A program made the translations under genes and the position numbers. This document shows, in pieces, positions 63,861 through 64,000 of a stretch of 64,000 nucleotides of DNA. The number at the start of each line of letters is the position of its first letter. Within the stretch, counting starts at the first letter, position 1. The notes beneath the pieces are model-generated. The model saw nothing but the letters and a program-made list of their open reading frames with translations. It was not told the DNA's origin and ran no database searches. Source of the DNA: Lama guanicoe (taxonomy: Eukaryota); assembly GCA_013239625.1 (NCBI GenBank), contig MU056000.1:13405175-13469174 (forward strand), in the 5' to 3' direction.

Positions 63861-64000
63861 TGCTCATTGTTTTATTTGGTTTGAGAAAGTGTGGAAGATC
63901 ATTAGTGCTGTGAATTTAAATGAAGGTAGTATCAGTTTAGGTTGAAAAAAATCTGATAGAAGTTTTATGAATAAGAATAAAATTAAAATTGGTTTTAAGG

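Noticed and set aside
1..64000. CRISPR arrays, operons or other prokaryote-type systems
   Set aside because: Sequence is mammalian repeat-rich DNA; no regularly spaced repeats or long ORFs.

Overview
AT-rich, CpG-poor mammalian non-coding DNA (intergenic or deep intronic), most likely from a camelid (alpaca/llama/camel): it carries a tRNA-Ala-derived SINE matching my recollection of the camelid Vic-1 family, and camelid/artiodactyl-type L1 3' tails. I found no intact protein-coding gene. The ORF track consists of L1/LTR remnants and chance ORFs. The only gene-derived sequence I recognise is a decayed, intronless RPL37A processed pseudogene (about 16789-17135, +), which the ORF track misses. 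Much of the window is transposon debris: L1 fragments of many ages (three look 5'-inverted by twin priming), MaLR (MLT1) LTRs and an internal region, ERV1/ERVK/ERVL solo LTRs (five within 20.9-25.0 kb, one nested in another), MIR, L2 and MER5. Repeat-poor stretches contain motif clusters that are candidate enhancers. I see no convincing evidence of a new biological system. Repeat family names come from recalled consensus motifs, not from a search; boundaries without a stated TSD are approximate.
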